Of a stretch of 64,000 bases of DNA, positions 1 to 9,810 are shown one piece after another (position 1 is the stretch's first letter; each line of letters starts with the position of its first letter). The stretch is taken from assembly GCA_963736005.1 (NCBI GenBank), contig CAVTNB010000001.1, positions 1,472,001 through 1,536,000 of the forward strand. Reading direction: 5' to 3'. Below the pieces are notes generated by a model. It ran no database searches and was not told the DNA's origin. It worked only from the letters and a program-made list of their open reading frames with translations. Position numbers and translations under genes: made by a program. This DNA is from an uncultured Pseudomonadota bacterium. Lineage in GTDB: Bacteria; Vulcanimicrobiota; Vulcanimicrobiia; Eremiobacterales; Eremiobacteraceae.

Positions 1-268
1 TGCCGACGAGGAACGATCCAACATAGGTAGCGTTCGTGTTGCGAAAGCGCAAGCGTTTGTCCATAGCGAGAAACGGCAAGCGAAACAGGCCCAGCATATT
101 GAGCCCAAGAACGATGACCACCACACCGAAGACCCGCGTGATGAGGACGCGATATTCAGCAAAAACCTGTCCAAGCGCACTAGCCGTTGCGCCGGCCACG
201 ATGAACACAAGCGTAAAGCCGGCGATAAAAATCAGCGAGTGAAGAATGACGTTGCGCCTGGTTGACAT
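1..268 (-). CDS. ccdA: Cytochrome c biogenesis protein CcdA/DsbD-like (runs off window start)
   Basis: Manual translation from ATG 268 (AAAGGA RBS upstream): MSTRRNVILHSLIFIAGFTLVFIVAGATASALGQ...GLNMLGLFRLPFLAMDKR...GSFLVG, which matches CcdA helices. Confidence 0.7.
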   Translation of the reverse strand, partial: MSTRRNVILHSLIFIAGFTLVFIVAGATASALGQVFAEYRVLITRVFGVVVIVLGLNMLGLFRLPFLAMDKRLRFRNTNATYVGSFLVG

Positions 269-316
269 GTAAGACTTGTCCTTTGTGCTGTGCTTTGACT
301 TTCGGAGGGTGACGGA

Positions 317-1189
317 TTGCTCGCGTTGCTAGCTACGGGCGCTCATTGGTTTTCGTATCCAAACATCAACCCGGTGGCGTTTCATGTGGGACCGCTGCCC
401 ATCCGTTGGTATGGCCTTAGTTACCTTTTCGGCGCAATTCTCGTGTACCTCCAGTTGCAGAGCGGCCGCAGTCGAGAACGCACAGGTTTGACGATCGACC
501 AGGCGCAGGAGCTCGTGGTCTATGCCATGATCGGCGTCATCGTTGGTGGCCGGCTGTTCTTTTTGATTGCTGACATGCTCACGCCAGCGAGCGCGGGCGG
601 CCACCCGCCGTCTTACTACGCTGCGAATCCGTTGGAGATCATTGCGATATGGCACGGCGGCATGGCCTTTCATGGAGGTTTCATCGGCGCGCTGATCGGT
701 ATTTGGCTCTTCCTTCGTCGCACGAAATTCAGTTTCTATCGCGTGACAGATGAAATCGCGCTGTGGATACCCGTCGCTATAGCCGCAACGCGCGTCGTCA
801 ACTTCATCAATGATGAACTGCCAGGCCGCAAAACGGACTCGCCTGTCGGCATTCTTTTCCCATGCTGCGATGGCTATCGGTACCCATCGCAGATCTTTGA
901 AGCCATCGGCATGCTTGCGTTTGTGCTTCCTCTGTTGTGGATCTTGCATGGCTCGGGCAAGCGGCGCGACGGGCTTTTGCTCTGGGCTTTTATCGCGGGC
1001 TACGGCCTCGTGCGTACGATCGTGGAGTTCTATCGCGAGCCGGGCATCATCGTGCTTGGACTCACCGGCGCACAGTATCTGACGCTCGCCATGCTCATCG
1101 TTGGGCTTGTCATGATGTGGCGGGTGCAACAAGCACCGATCGCGCCGCCGCGCACGAGCACATCCGGTCGCCTAATCAAACCCTTGTAG
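317..1189 (+). CDS. lgt: Prolipoprotein diacylglyceryl transferase
   Basis: Motifs IRWYGL, GGR, WHGGMAFHGG, YPSQIFE, EFYREP. Confidence 0.95.
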   Translation: MLALLATGAHWFSYPNINPVAFHVGPLPIRWYGLSYLFGAILVYLQLQSGRSRERTGLTIDQAQELVVYAMIGVIVGGRLFFLIADMLTPASAGGHPPSYYAANPLEIIAIWHGGMAFHGGFIGALIGIWLFLRRTKFSFYRVTDEIALWIPVAIAATRVVNFINDELPGRKTDSPVGILFPCCDGYRYPSQIFEAIGMLAFVLPLLWILHGSGKRRDGLLLWAFIAGYGLVRTIVEFYREPGIIVLGLTGAQYLTLAMLIVGLVMMWRVQQAPIAPPRTSTSGRLIKPL

Positions 1190-1267
1190 TCGCGCGAATT
1201 TATTCGCGCGTGTAGGGGGCGATTGGAAAATCGCCCCACGTCGTAGCGGGCGACTGTTAAGTCGCCC
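1186..1267 (+). repeat. Cluster of three GTAG-type REP hairpins (families A, B, C)
   Basis: GTAG-TCGCGCGAAT-TT-ATTCGCGCG; GTAG-GGGGCGATT-GGAA-AATCGCCCC; GTAG-CGGGCGACT-GTTA-AGTCGCCC. Confidence 0.9.
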
Positions 1268-1287
1268 AAACGTCTGGAGGATTATAT

Positions 1288-2376
1288 ATGCAACGAATCG
1301 CTGCTGCCGGTTTCTTAATCGCCCTCGCCCTCAGTTTGTGCGGCGCTAGCTACCCCGCTCCGACGGAGGGAAACTTTACCGTCAGCAATTACCGCTTCGC
1401 TGACGGAGAAAGTATGGCAAGCGTTCGCATCCACTACCGCACGCTGGGCTCGCCAATGAAAGATTCACAAGGCATCGTTCGCAATGCTGTGCTCATTTTG
1501 CATGGTACCGGCGGATCTGGCGCTCAGTTCCTCAACGACATTTTTGCCGGGCAGCTCTTTGGACCCGGACAGCCCCTCGACGTGACCAAATACTATGTCA
1601 TCCTCCCCGATGACATCGGGCATGGGGATTCGAGCAAACCCAGCGACGGCTTGCACATGCACTTCCCGCACTATGGCTACCGTGACATGGTCGATCTCGA
1701 GCACCGCTTAGTCGTCGATGGTTTGCACGTCAATCACTTGAGGCTTCTCTTTGGGACATCAATGGGCTGCATGCATGCTTGGCTATGGGCCGAAGACTAC
1801 GACACCTTCGCGGACGGCTACATGCCGATGGCGTGCTTGCCGCACGAAATCTCCGGACGCAACCGTATGTGGCGGCGCATGGTGATGGATGCCATCACCA
1901 AAGACCCGCAATTCGACAACGGAGAATATACGACGCAACCACGCGGACTCGTTGATGCGAACTACATCTTTATGATGGTCGGCAGCAGTCCGTTGCGCTA
2001 TCAACAAGCCGCGCCGACGCTGGCGGCGGCCGACGCGTACTTTGACAAACTTGTGGCTGCCTACGTCCAAGGACAAGATGCCAACGACACCTACTACCAA
2101 GTCGCCTCATCGAGCGACTACGATCCGCAACTGGGCCTTGCCAAGATTACGGCGCCGGTGCTTGCGATCAACTCAGCGGACGATCAGATCAATCCTCCGG
2201 AGCTGGGGATTGCGGAGCAGCTGATCAAGCTCGTGCCCCACGCCCAATTCGTCCTTTTGCCGATCAGCAATTTGACCTACGGTCACGGCACACACACGCA
2301 TGCGGCAGCGTGGAAAAACTACCTCATCGATTTTCTCCGCCAGACGAGCACCGCGCCCATCCATGCGGCGTTGTGA
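1288..2376 (+). CDS. Secreted alpha/beta hydrolase (homoserine acetyltransferase-like fold)
   Basis: Signal peptide, HGTGG, GTSMG nucleophile elbow, SADD, GHGTH. Confidence 0.85.
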   Translation: MQRIAAAGFLIALALSLCGASYPAPTEGNFTVSNYRFADGESMASVRIHYRTLGSPMKDSQGIVRNAVLILHGTGGSGAQFLNDIFAGQLFGPGQPLDVTKYYVILPDDIGHGDSSKPSDGLHMHFPHYGYRDMVDLEHRLVVDGLHVNHLRLLFGTSMGCMHAWLWAEDYDTFADGYMPMACLPHEISGRNRMWRRMVMDAITKDPQFDNGEYTTQPRGLVDANYIFMMVGSSPLRYQQAAPTLAAADAYFDKLVAAYVQGQDANDTYYQVASSSDYDPQLGLAKITAPVLAINSADDQINPPELGIAEQLIKLVPHAQFVLLPISNLTYGHGTHTHAAAWKNYLIDFLRQTSTAPIHAAL

Positions 2377-2705
2377 CAACGGTAATCGTCGCGCATCAAC
2401 CTGCTGACCGTGCGTCCCTGTCTCTTCGAGCCGGCGAAGCAGTGGTGGTCGGAGGTCGCGACGACGAGTGGCCCGCATTTATGTGGTGCTCATGCGCCAA
2501 GGGCGAGGCGTGGATCCCAGACGCTTACATGACGATTGAGGCAAACGTGGGGAAGATACAGCGCGACTACTCGTCGCGAGAGCTGGCAGTCGCTTCAGGT
2601 GACTCGGTGAGCGTGCTCGAGCGATGTGGCGGGTGGGCGTTTTGCGACTTCAACAACGAGCAGGGTTGGATTCCCGAGCGGTGCTTGGGGGGTGAGCGGA
2701 CCTAA
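2373..2705 (+). CDS. Tandem SH3-like domain protein
   Basis: GTG overlaps the upstream TGA; two SH3-like repeats (GEAWIP; RDYSSRELAV...GWIP). Confidence 0.7.
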   Translation: MTTVIVAHQPADRASLSLRAGEAVVVGGRDDEWPAFMWCSCAKGEAWIPDAYMTIEANVGKIQRDYSSRELAVASGDSVSVLERCGGWAFCDFNNEQGWIPERCLGGERT

Positions 2706-2790
2706 AGGTCCGCTGCTACATGGACCACGCTCGCGAATAAAATTCGCGCGACTACATGGATCTTGGGGCGATTTTCCAATCGCCCCTTAC
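2695..2790 (-). repeat. REP cluster (families D, A, B) between convergent genes
   Basis: AGCGGACC-TAAA-GGTCCGCT-GCTAC; CGCGAATAAAATTCGCGCGACTAC; GGGGCGATTTTCCAATCGCCCCTTAC. Confidence 0.9.
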
Positions 2791-2792
2791 AA

Positions 2793-4364
2793 CTAGCCGC
2801 CGCCTTCATCAGGTGCCGGCGCGGCAGGTTCGGACTCCACCGGCGCGGACTCTTCTTCGCCCCCGCCGCTATCTGCCGGTTGCTCCTCCGAGTAACCGCT
2901 ATCGCTCGATCCACCGTTGTCGCTGCTGTCGCTTTGACTATTCGCGTAGTCTTGGTTCTCTTGCGCTTGTGCCGCAGCGTCTTGTTCTGCCTGTTGGTTG
3001 TAGTTGATTTGCTCTTGGATTTGTTGCTGGGCATCGTAGGCGTCCGACGCCGCCTGATCGGACGCTGTTTGGTCGGCTGACTCGTCATTTTTTGCCTGGT
3101 CGACTCCATTTTGCAAGCAATCGTCGAAATAACTGTCAGACTCTGAGAAGTAGCCGCCGCATTCTGAGGTACGCTGCTGGTACTCGCTTTGCGTCGGCTG
3201 TTGCGCGTTCTCCATCTGCGAGACGTTGAGCGATCCGATGCCATAGCTCTTCACGCCCGCTTGTTGCGCCGCCACGATGAAGTTCCCGAGTTGCGCTCGA
3301 TCTTGCGCGGCCACCGAATAGTGAGGGCTGATGTGCAGGGCCTTATCGTAGTCGATGAACGCCCCACGATACTGCATGAGCCGCTGACGAATCCACCCGC
3401 GGTACGCGTACGCAATGGCGCTATGGGGATCGAGCTTAACGGCATTATTTGCATCCGCAAGTGCGCTCTTATTCGCGCCGAGCGACGCTTTGGCCCAGGC
3501 TCGATCGACATACACATTCGACCACGTCGGATAGTAGGCGAGCGCGCGGTTACAATCGTACAGGGCTTCCTTGACTCGTCCAAGGTTCTCTCGCGTCTCG
3601 CATCGATAGCCCCAGGACCACGCCTTGGGAATCAATTTGATCGCGCGGCTAAAATCGCTATCCGCGTCTCGATAGTCGGCTGCTGCAAAATAGACCTGAC
3701 CGCGGTTTTGATACGGCAACCCCCAACGCGGCGTAAGGTGGATGGCTTTCGTGTAGTCGGCCACCGCCAATCGGAGTTGGCCCGTATGAAAGTATGCCAA
3801 GCCGCGATTGTTTCGATCGATAGCGTCGTTTGCATAGAGCCCAAGCCCACGGTTATAGTCAGGGATCGCGCCTTTGTAGTCGCCCAATTGCGCGCGCGCA
3901 TATCCCAAGCTATCCCACGCCAACCAGCTCTTGGGATACCACCCAACTGCAAGACGCAAGTCGTCTTTGGCGCTCGCCCACTTGCCTTCTTGGATTCTGC
4001 TCACCCCGCGGTAGTAGTATGCGGCGCGGACGAATTTGGGAAGCAAACGGGTATCGCCATTTTTTGCCAGCTGCAATGCTTCGGTAAGGCCCGTGTCTGC
4101 ATTAGCATACTGCTTGAGGTTGTAATAGGCAAGCCCGCGGTCGTAGCTCATAGGAGCTATGTGCGCAAGTGACTCCGCTTGGTTGTAGTCTGCAATGGCG
4201 GTCTTGTAATCTCCATGCTGCTGTGCGGCGCGGCCCTTGTCGAACAACGCGTTTGCGTTTGCGTTTTGTTTGGCCGCGTTGTTGCAGCCAAACACCGTGG
4301 CGCACAGCGCACCCGTCACAAAGAGTGCCGAGACCGCGCCGAAACTAAATTTCACCAATCGCAT
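2793..4364 (-). CDS. TPR-repeat lipoprotein with acidic low-complexity tail
   Basis: Lipobox VFGC, about 9 TPR repeats (AIADY, NRG), D/E/Q/S-rich C-terminus. Confidence 0.85.
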   Translation of the reverse strand: MRLVKFSFGAVSALFVTGALCATVFGCNNAAKQNANANALFDKGRAAQQHGDYKTAIADYNQAESLAHIAPMSYDRGLAYYNLKQYANADTGLTEALQLAKNGDTRLLPKFVRAAYYYRGVSRIQEGKWASAKDDLRLAVGWYPKSWLAWDSLGYARAQLGDYKGAIPDYNRGLGLYANDAIDRNNRGLAYFHTGQLRLAVADYTKAIHLTPRWGLPYQNRGQVYFAAADYRDADSDFSRAIKLIPKAWSWGYRCETRENLGRVKEALYDCNRALAYYPTWSNVYVDRAWAKASLGANKSALADANNAVKLDPHSAIAYAYRGWIRQRLMQYRGAFIDYDKALHISPHYSVAAQDRAQLGNFIVAAQQAGVKSYGIGSLNVSQMENAQQPTQSEYQQRTSECGGYFSESDSYFDDCLQNGVDQAKNDESADQTASDQAASDAYDAQQQIQEQINYNQQAEQDAAAQAQENQDYANSQSDSSDNGGSSDSGYSEEQPADSGGGEEESAPVESEPAAPAPDEGGG

Positions 4365-4443
4365 ATACAGCCATCCCGCTTATGGAAAGAGCACGAGTGG
4401 GGCGAATTCGGTTGCGCCGCCAGTTGGGCCTTTGACGAAAGCC

Positions 4444-7400
4444 TTACGCTCGCGCGAGTGCGAGGCCCAAGCCATCTGGCGACTGGGTCGTAAATGAGGG
4501 CTCGAAAGCGGGACCGTTGAGGTCGGCTGCCAGCGTTTCACCCATGATGTAGTCGCGCCAGCGCTCGATCGCCTGCGCGTAGTCCCCAGCCGCATTGACG
4601 CGCAGGTGGATCCGGTCGCTGATCTGGAGGTCCGCTTGTTTGCGCGCGTCTTGAACAGCGCGGACAACCTCGCGCGCGAGGCCCTCGAGCAACAAGTCGC
4701 GGTCGACCCGCGTATCCAGGGCAACGAGCATCCCGTCACTTTCGGCGAAGGCAAATCCTTGCGCCGATTTGCTGTCGACGAGGACGTCGTCAGGCTCGAG
4801 CGTGAACGTCTGGCCGTTCGCCGCGATGTCGAATGATTTTCCGGCCGCCACCGCAGCCGCGACCGCTCGCGCATCTGCCGAGGCCAGCGCCGCGCGCACG
4901 GCTTGCATCTGCTTTCCGTAGCGCGGACCCAAGCGCGGCAGATTGGGGCGCAAGGCATACTCGATGAATCGTGCCTCAAGGCCCACGACTCGCAGATCTT
5001 TGACGTTGAGCTCGTCGAGCACGAGCGCGCGAAAGCGCTGCAACGCGGCTTCATCAGCGGTCGTTCGAACGCGAACGTGAGCCACCGCAAGCGGCTGGCG
5101 CGTCTTGACCTTGGCACTCGCGCGGGCTTGGCGGCCGAGATCGACCGTTTGTTTTGCAACGCCCATCGGTTGGAGCAGTCCTTCATCGATTGCATCGCCA
5201 TTCGCCGCCGGCCAAGCGCTCAAGTGCACGCTTTCTGGCGCTTGGGCATCTACCGGGCGGATGAGCTCTTGATACAGCGCTTCCGCCAAGAACGGAACGA
5301 ACGGAGCGAGCAGCATGACGACACGGGTCAAGCTTTCGTACAGCGTCCGATAGGCCGCACGTTTGTCGGGTGTGAGCGCGGCGCCCCAAAAACGGTCGCG
5401 GGAAAGCCGCACGTACCAATTGGACAGGTCGTCAACGAAGCGTTCGATGGCGCGGCCTGCCGCTTGCGCGTCGTAGCGCTCGAGCAGTTGCGTGACCTCG
5501 CCCGTCAAGCGCTCCAGGCTTGCAATTGCCCAGCGGTCCAAATCTGACCGCTGCGCGAGCGGCACGTTGTCGGGCACGCCGATCCCGTCCGCGTTTGCGT
5601 ACATCGTGAAGAATTTCGCGCTGTTCCAGAGCGTGTTGAAGAGCTTGTGGGAGCCTTCTTCGACCAGATCCACCGACACGCGCTTTGCTTCGCCCGGCGG
5701 GCTGCCCGTGAAAAAATACCAGCGCAGCGCATCAGCCCCAAGCGCGTCGAAGATGACAGCCGGATCGATTATGTTGCCGCGACTCTTGCTCATCTTTTCG
5801 CCCGCGCGTCAACCACATGGCCGAGGCAGACGACGTTTTTGTATGCCGGACTCTCGAAAAGCATCGTCGCGATAGCGTGCAAGCTGTAGAACCACCCGCG
5901 CGTTTGATCTACTGCTTCGGCGATAAAGTCTGCGGGAAAGCTCTCTTTGAAAAGTGTCTCATTTTCGAACGGGTAGTGGTATTGGGCGTAGGGCATCGAG
6001 CCCGAATCAAACCAAGCGTCCAATACTTCCGGCACCCGGCGAAATTCGCGCCCTTCGTGCTGGAACGTTATGTCGTCGATTGCCGGCCGGTGCAAATCGA
6101 GGCTTGAGAGATCTCGTCCCACGCGCTGCGCGAGCTCGGCGACCGATCCAAAGCACAGATACTCTTCACCGTCGGTCCACAACGGCAGCGGAGTTCCCCA
6201 GAAGCGCTCGCGCGACACAGCCCAGTCAACGTTATTCTCCAACCAGTTGCCAAAACGGCCATACTTGATCGTTTCGGGAACCCAGTTAATCTTGTCGTTG
6301 TTGGCCAGCAGCTGCTTCTTGAAAACGGTCGTGCGAATGAACCATGCAGTTTTGGCGATGAACAGCAGCGGATCGTCCGTGCGCCACCCAAAGGGATAAT
6401 TGTGGCGGTAGGTTTCGGCGCGAAAGAGCAGCCCACGCCGCTTCAAGTCGTCCGTTATCGGCTTATCCGCATCCTTGAAGAACAAGCCGGCGGCGATCGT
6501 CACTTCGGACACCACGCGACCGGTGAAGTCGACGCTATAGTAAATAGGAAGCTTGTGTTCTTTGCCCAGAGCTAAGTCGTCGGGACCATAGGCCGGAGCA
6601 ACATGGACGATGCCCGTGCCGTCTTCCGTCGTGACGAACGGCGCCGGAATGACGAAGTAGCGGTCCTCGGGAGCCTTGCAGTAGTCAAAGAGCGGCTGAT
6701 ACCGCACGCCCGCGAATGCATTGCCGCGCTTTTTCTCCAGCACCACGATCTGTTCGTCGCGAAAAACCCTTGCGAGCAATGGCTCCGCTACGATGAGTTT
6801 TTCGTTTTGGCGTTCCACCACGCAGTACTCCACGTCGGGATGCACGGCGAGCGCCATGTTCGCTGGCAACGTCCAAGGTGTCGTCGTCCAAGCCAGAAAC
6901 GACGTGCTGGGGTCGTCACGCAAACGAAAGCGAACGAAGACCGAGGGATCGTCGACCTCGCGATAGCCTTGCGCAACTTCGTGGTCAGACAGCGTTGCGC
7001 CAATGCGCGGATCGTACGGAACCGACTTGTAATCTTGCACGACGAGCTTGCGATCCCACAACTGTTTGAAGAGCCACCAAACGGTTTCGATGTAGTCATT
7101 GGTCAGCGTGAAGTATGCATCGTCCAGATCCACCCAGTAGCCCATGCGCTCGGTGAGACGGTTCCAATCTCCGACATAACGATACACGCTTTCGCGACAG
7201 CGCCGGGTGAATTCGAGAACGCCGACTTCACTCTCGATCCTGCTCTTGTCGAGAATCCCAAGCTCCTTCTCGATCTCGTGCTCCACGGGGAGGCCGTGCG
7301 TATCCCAACCGCCTTTGCGGCGCACGAAGTATCCGCGCATCGTCCAAAAACGCGGGTAGAGATCTTTGAACGCGCGCGCGAGCACGTGGTGAACACCTGG

Positions 7401-7577
7401 CTTGCCGTTCGCGGTCGGGGGCCCTTCGTAAAATGAGTAGCGCGGGCCATTGCTTGTCTGCGCGAGCGTCCGCTCGAAGATCTTGCGCGTGCGCCAAAAA
7501 TCCAGCACCGATTGTTCGCGCGCGACGGGATCGAGGCGCTCGGACATGGCCGGAAACTTGGCGGCCGGTTGTGTCAT
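4444..7577 (-). CDS. ileS: Isoleucine--tRNA ligase, type 2; split into ORFs 5790-7577 and 4444-5793 by a 1-nt frameshift near 5803
   Basis: EGPPTANG, GWDTHGLP, WTTTPWTLP, SRERFWG, DAWFDSGSMP, DQTRGWF; GEKMSKS continues in the -1 frame. Confidence 0.92.
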
Positions 7578-8695
7578 GCGCTCGTCGCGCGCGCCGCATG
7601 GAGCGCGCGGAAGATCGACTCTTGGGTGACGATGCCCACCAGTTCACCCGAATCGTACACGGGGAGCTCGCTGAGGTTGCGCTCGTGCAGACGGTTGAGC
7701 ACGTCGCGGGCAGATTCGGTTCCCGTCAGCGCGACGGTGCGCGCGATCGGCGTCATGATGGTGCTCACCGGCGTCTGATCCCACAGCGGCAACGGAATGC
7801 CCGAGGTGTGACGAACGTCGGCCAAGCCGACGAGCGTCCCCTGATCGACCACGGGATAACCCGTCTGCGGTTTACCGGCAACTTCGCCGATAAATGCCGC
7901 GACTGTCGTATTGGCAGGCACGGGGACGAGCGTCTTCATCATGCAATCGCGCACGCGCATGCACTCCAAGGCGAGATCGATTCGCGCTTGTCGACCCATC
8001 GTCAGTGCTGCCTGAGCGAGAAAGGCGCCGATCAACACCCACCACAAACCTCGCAGCTCGCGCAAGGCAAAGGTGAAGTACAAGCCTGCCAGGATAAGCC
8101 CGGCCGCCACCACCAAACTGACACCGCTCGCCCAAATCGTCGCTCGCGCCTGACTCGATTGCGCCATCCAAAGCAGCGAGCGCAGCACGCGGCCTCCGTC
8201 GCTCGGAAATGCCGGCAACAAGTTAAACGCGGCCAGAAGCCCGTTGGCCCACGCTAAGAAAAAACAAAACGTCCAGCCCCACCCCCAATGCGCTGCTGCA
8301 GCGCCGATGGAGAGCACGTAAAAGACAAGCGCCAGCACGACGCTCAGCGCGGGACCGGCAATGGCCATCTTGAGTTCGTCAACGGGCAGGTCCGGCTCGC
8401 GCATGATGGTTGCGACGCCGCCAAACAAAAACAGCGTGATGCCACCGATCGGTATGCCCAGTCTACGAGCGACAAGCGCGTGCGCAAATTCGTGCGCCAC
8501 GACGCTCGCGAACAAGACAAACGACGCGACAAGGCCCAAAATGAGGCTGCTCGTGCCGCTTTGGTCAGGTGAAAAATAGCGCGCCGCAACGGTTGCCGAC
8601 CAGGCGAAGAGGGCATAGATGGCAAGCCAGCTCGGATGAATGCCGATCGCGATCCCAGCAATGCGGCAAACGTTCCACGTCCCACGAAAACGCAT
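7574..8695 (-). CDS. Site-2 protease (M50) with CBS domains
   Basis: HEFAH, NLLPAFPSDGG, two C-terminal CBS repeats. Confidence 0.92.
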   Translation of the reverse strand: MRFRGTWNVCRIAGIAIGIHPSWLAIYALFAWSATVAARYFSPDQSGTSSLILGLVASFVLFASVVAHEFAHALVARRLGIPIGGITLFLFGGVATIMREPDLPVDELKMAIAGPALSVVLALVFYVLSIGAAAAHWGWGWTFCFFLAWANGLLAAFNLLPAFPSDGGRVLRSLLWMAQSSQARATIWASGVSLVVAAGLILAGLYFTFALRELRGLWWVLIGAFLAQAALTMGRQARIDLALECMRVRDCMMKTLVPVPANTTVAAFIGEVAGKPQTGYPVVDQGTLVGLADVRHTSGIPLPLWDQTPVSTIMTPIARTVALTGTESARDVLNRLHERNLSELPVYDSGELVGIVTQESIFRALHAARATSA

Positions 8696-8715
8696 GTGCT
8701 ATCTTGTTTCCGCCG

Positions 8716-9810
8716 TCACGAGACGGTACCTTCCACGAACGTCTGCAGCCAGTCGAAGGCCTTGGACGCGAGCGCGGCTTGCGCAGCCGCACCTTCTTTG
8801 ATTCTCGCTGAAAGCGAAGATCGTGACGACCATAACGAATCGACAACCTCGTCAGCGTTGCCGGGTTGCAGCGGTGGCAGCGGATAGTGCAGACTCTCGC
8901 TGAGCGCCGTGATTTTTGGGTCGTACGGAACGGACAGAAAGGGCACGCCAAGACGAGCGGCGAGGATGAGCGAATGGAGGCGCATGCCAATCAGCGCCGT
9001 ACAGCGCGCGAACAGCGCCGTCATGGTCGCAAGATCGTAGCCGCCTCCCAGCAGCACCGGCGACGTGCGACAGCGTCGAATGATGGCGACCGCCGCTTCA
9101 ACGTCATTGGGTCGCTGAAAAGGAACGAAAACAACCTGGGCACCGTAACGATTGGCCAGCAGATCGACCGCGCGGGCAATTTCCGCTCCGATTCGGTCGA
9201 GCACTCGAGCGGGCCGAACTACGACCGCGACAAGCTGGCCCAATCCCGTGATGCCTTCTGCCGTCAGCGCGCGCGAGGCTTCGTCGTTTCCCTCATCGGT
9301 TGCCAAGAACACAGGGTCGGCCCCCACGCGGACGTCAACTTTCGGTAATAATTCTTGAAGCAGCGTTGCGCTTGCGGTGTCACGCACGATTGCGAGATCC
9401 ACTTGCGCACAGCCGCGACGAACGATGTGCTTGGCCGTGAATCCGAGCGGTCCAATGCCCTGTGCGAAAATCACGGCTGCGCGCCCAGCTCTTTTCGCCT
9501 CATGAATCAACCCCGTGTAATAGAGCAGACTGCGCAGGCTCGTACTTGACTGCAGCAAACCGCCGCCGCCGCTGACAAACGCGTCAGAGTCGCCTAGGGC
9601 TTGCGCGATAGCAGCATGCGCCATGCGCGGCACCGCCTCGACGCCAAACGTCGCGGCCGTTTGCGCGGGCTTCGCCGAAAGAACGCGCAGCACGTCGCCT
9701 GGCCGTCTGCGGCGCCACTGCTCGACAAACATTTGAAGAATCGCTTCGTCGCCGAAGTTGTCAAAACCGTAGTAGCCGGAAAGAAGCAGCCGCGCGCGCG
9801 CGCCGCTCAT
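8716..9810 (-). CDS. csaB: Polysaccharide pyruvyl transferase CsaB
   Basis: SGYYGFDNFGDEA, SGGGGLLQ, AQGIGP, GMRLHSLI, YDPK. Confidence 0.9.
   Translation of the reverse strand: MSGARARLLLSGYYGFDNFGDEAILQMFVEQWRRRRPGDVLRVLSAKPAQTAATFGVEAVPRMAHAAIAQALGDSDAFVSGGGGLLQSSTSLRSLLYYTGLIHEAKRAGRAAVIFAQGIGPLGFTAKHIVRRGCAQVDLAIVRDTASATLLQELLPKVDVRVGADPVFLATDEGNDEASRALTAEGITGLGQLVAVVVRPARVLDRIGAEIARAVDLLANRYGAQVVFVPFQRPNDVEAAVAIIRRCRTSPVLLGGGYDLATMTALFARCTALIGMRLHSLILAARLGVPFLSVPYDPKITALSESLHYPLPPLQPGNADEVVDSLWSSRSSLSARIKEGAAAQAALASKAFDWLQTFVEGTVS

Noticed and set aside
3189..4172. Long antisense ORFs (also 58742-59842, 6603-7436 and others)
   Set aside because: Shadow frames of GC-rich genes with no recognisable motifs
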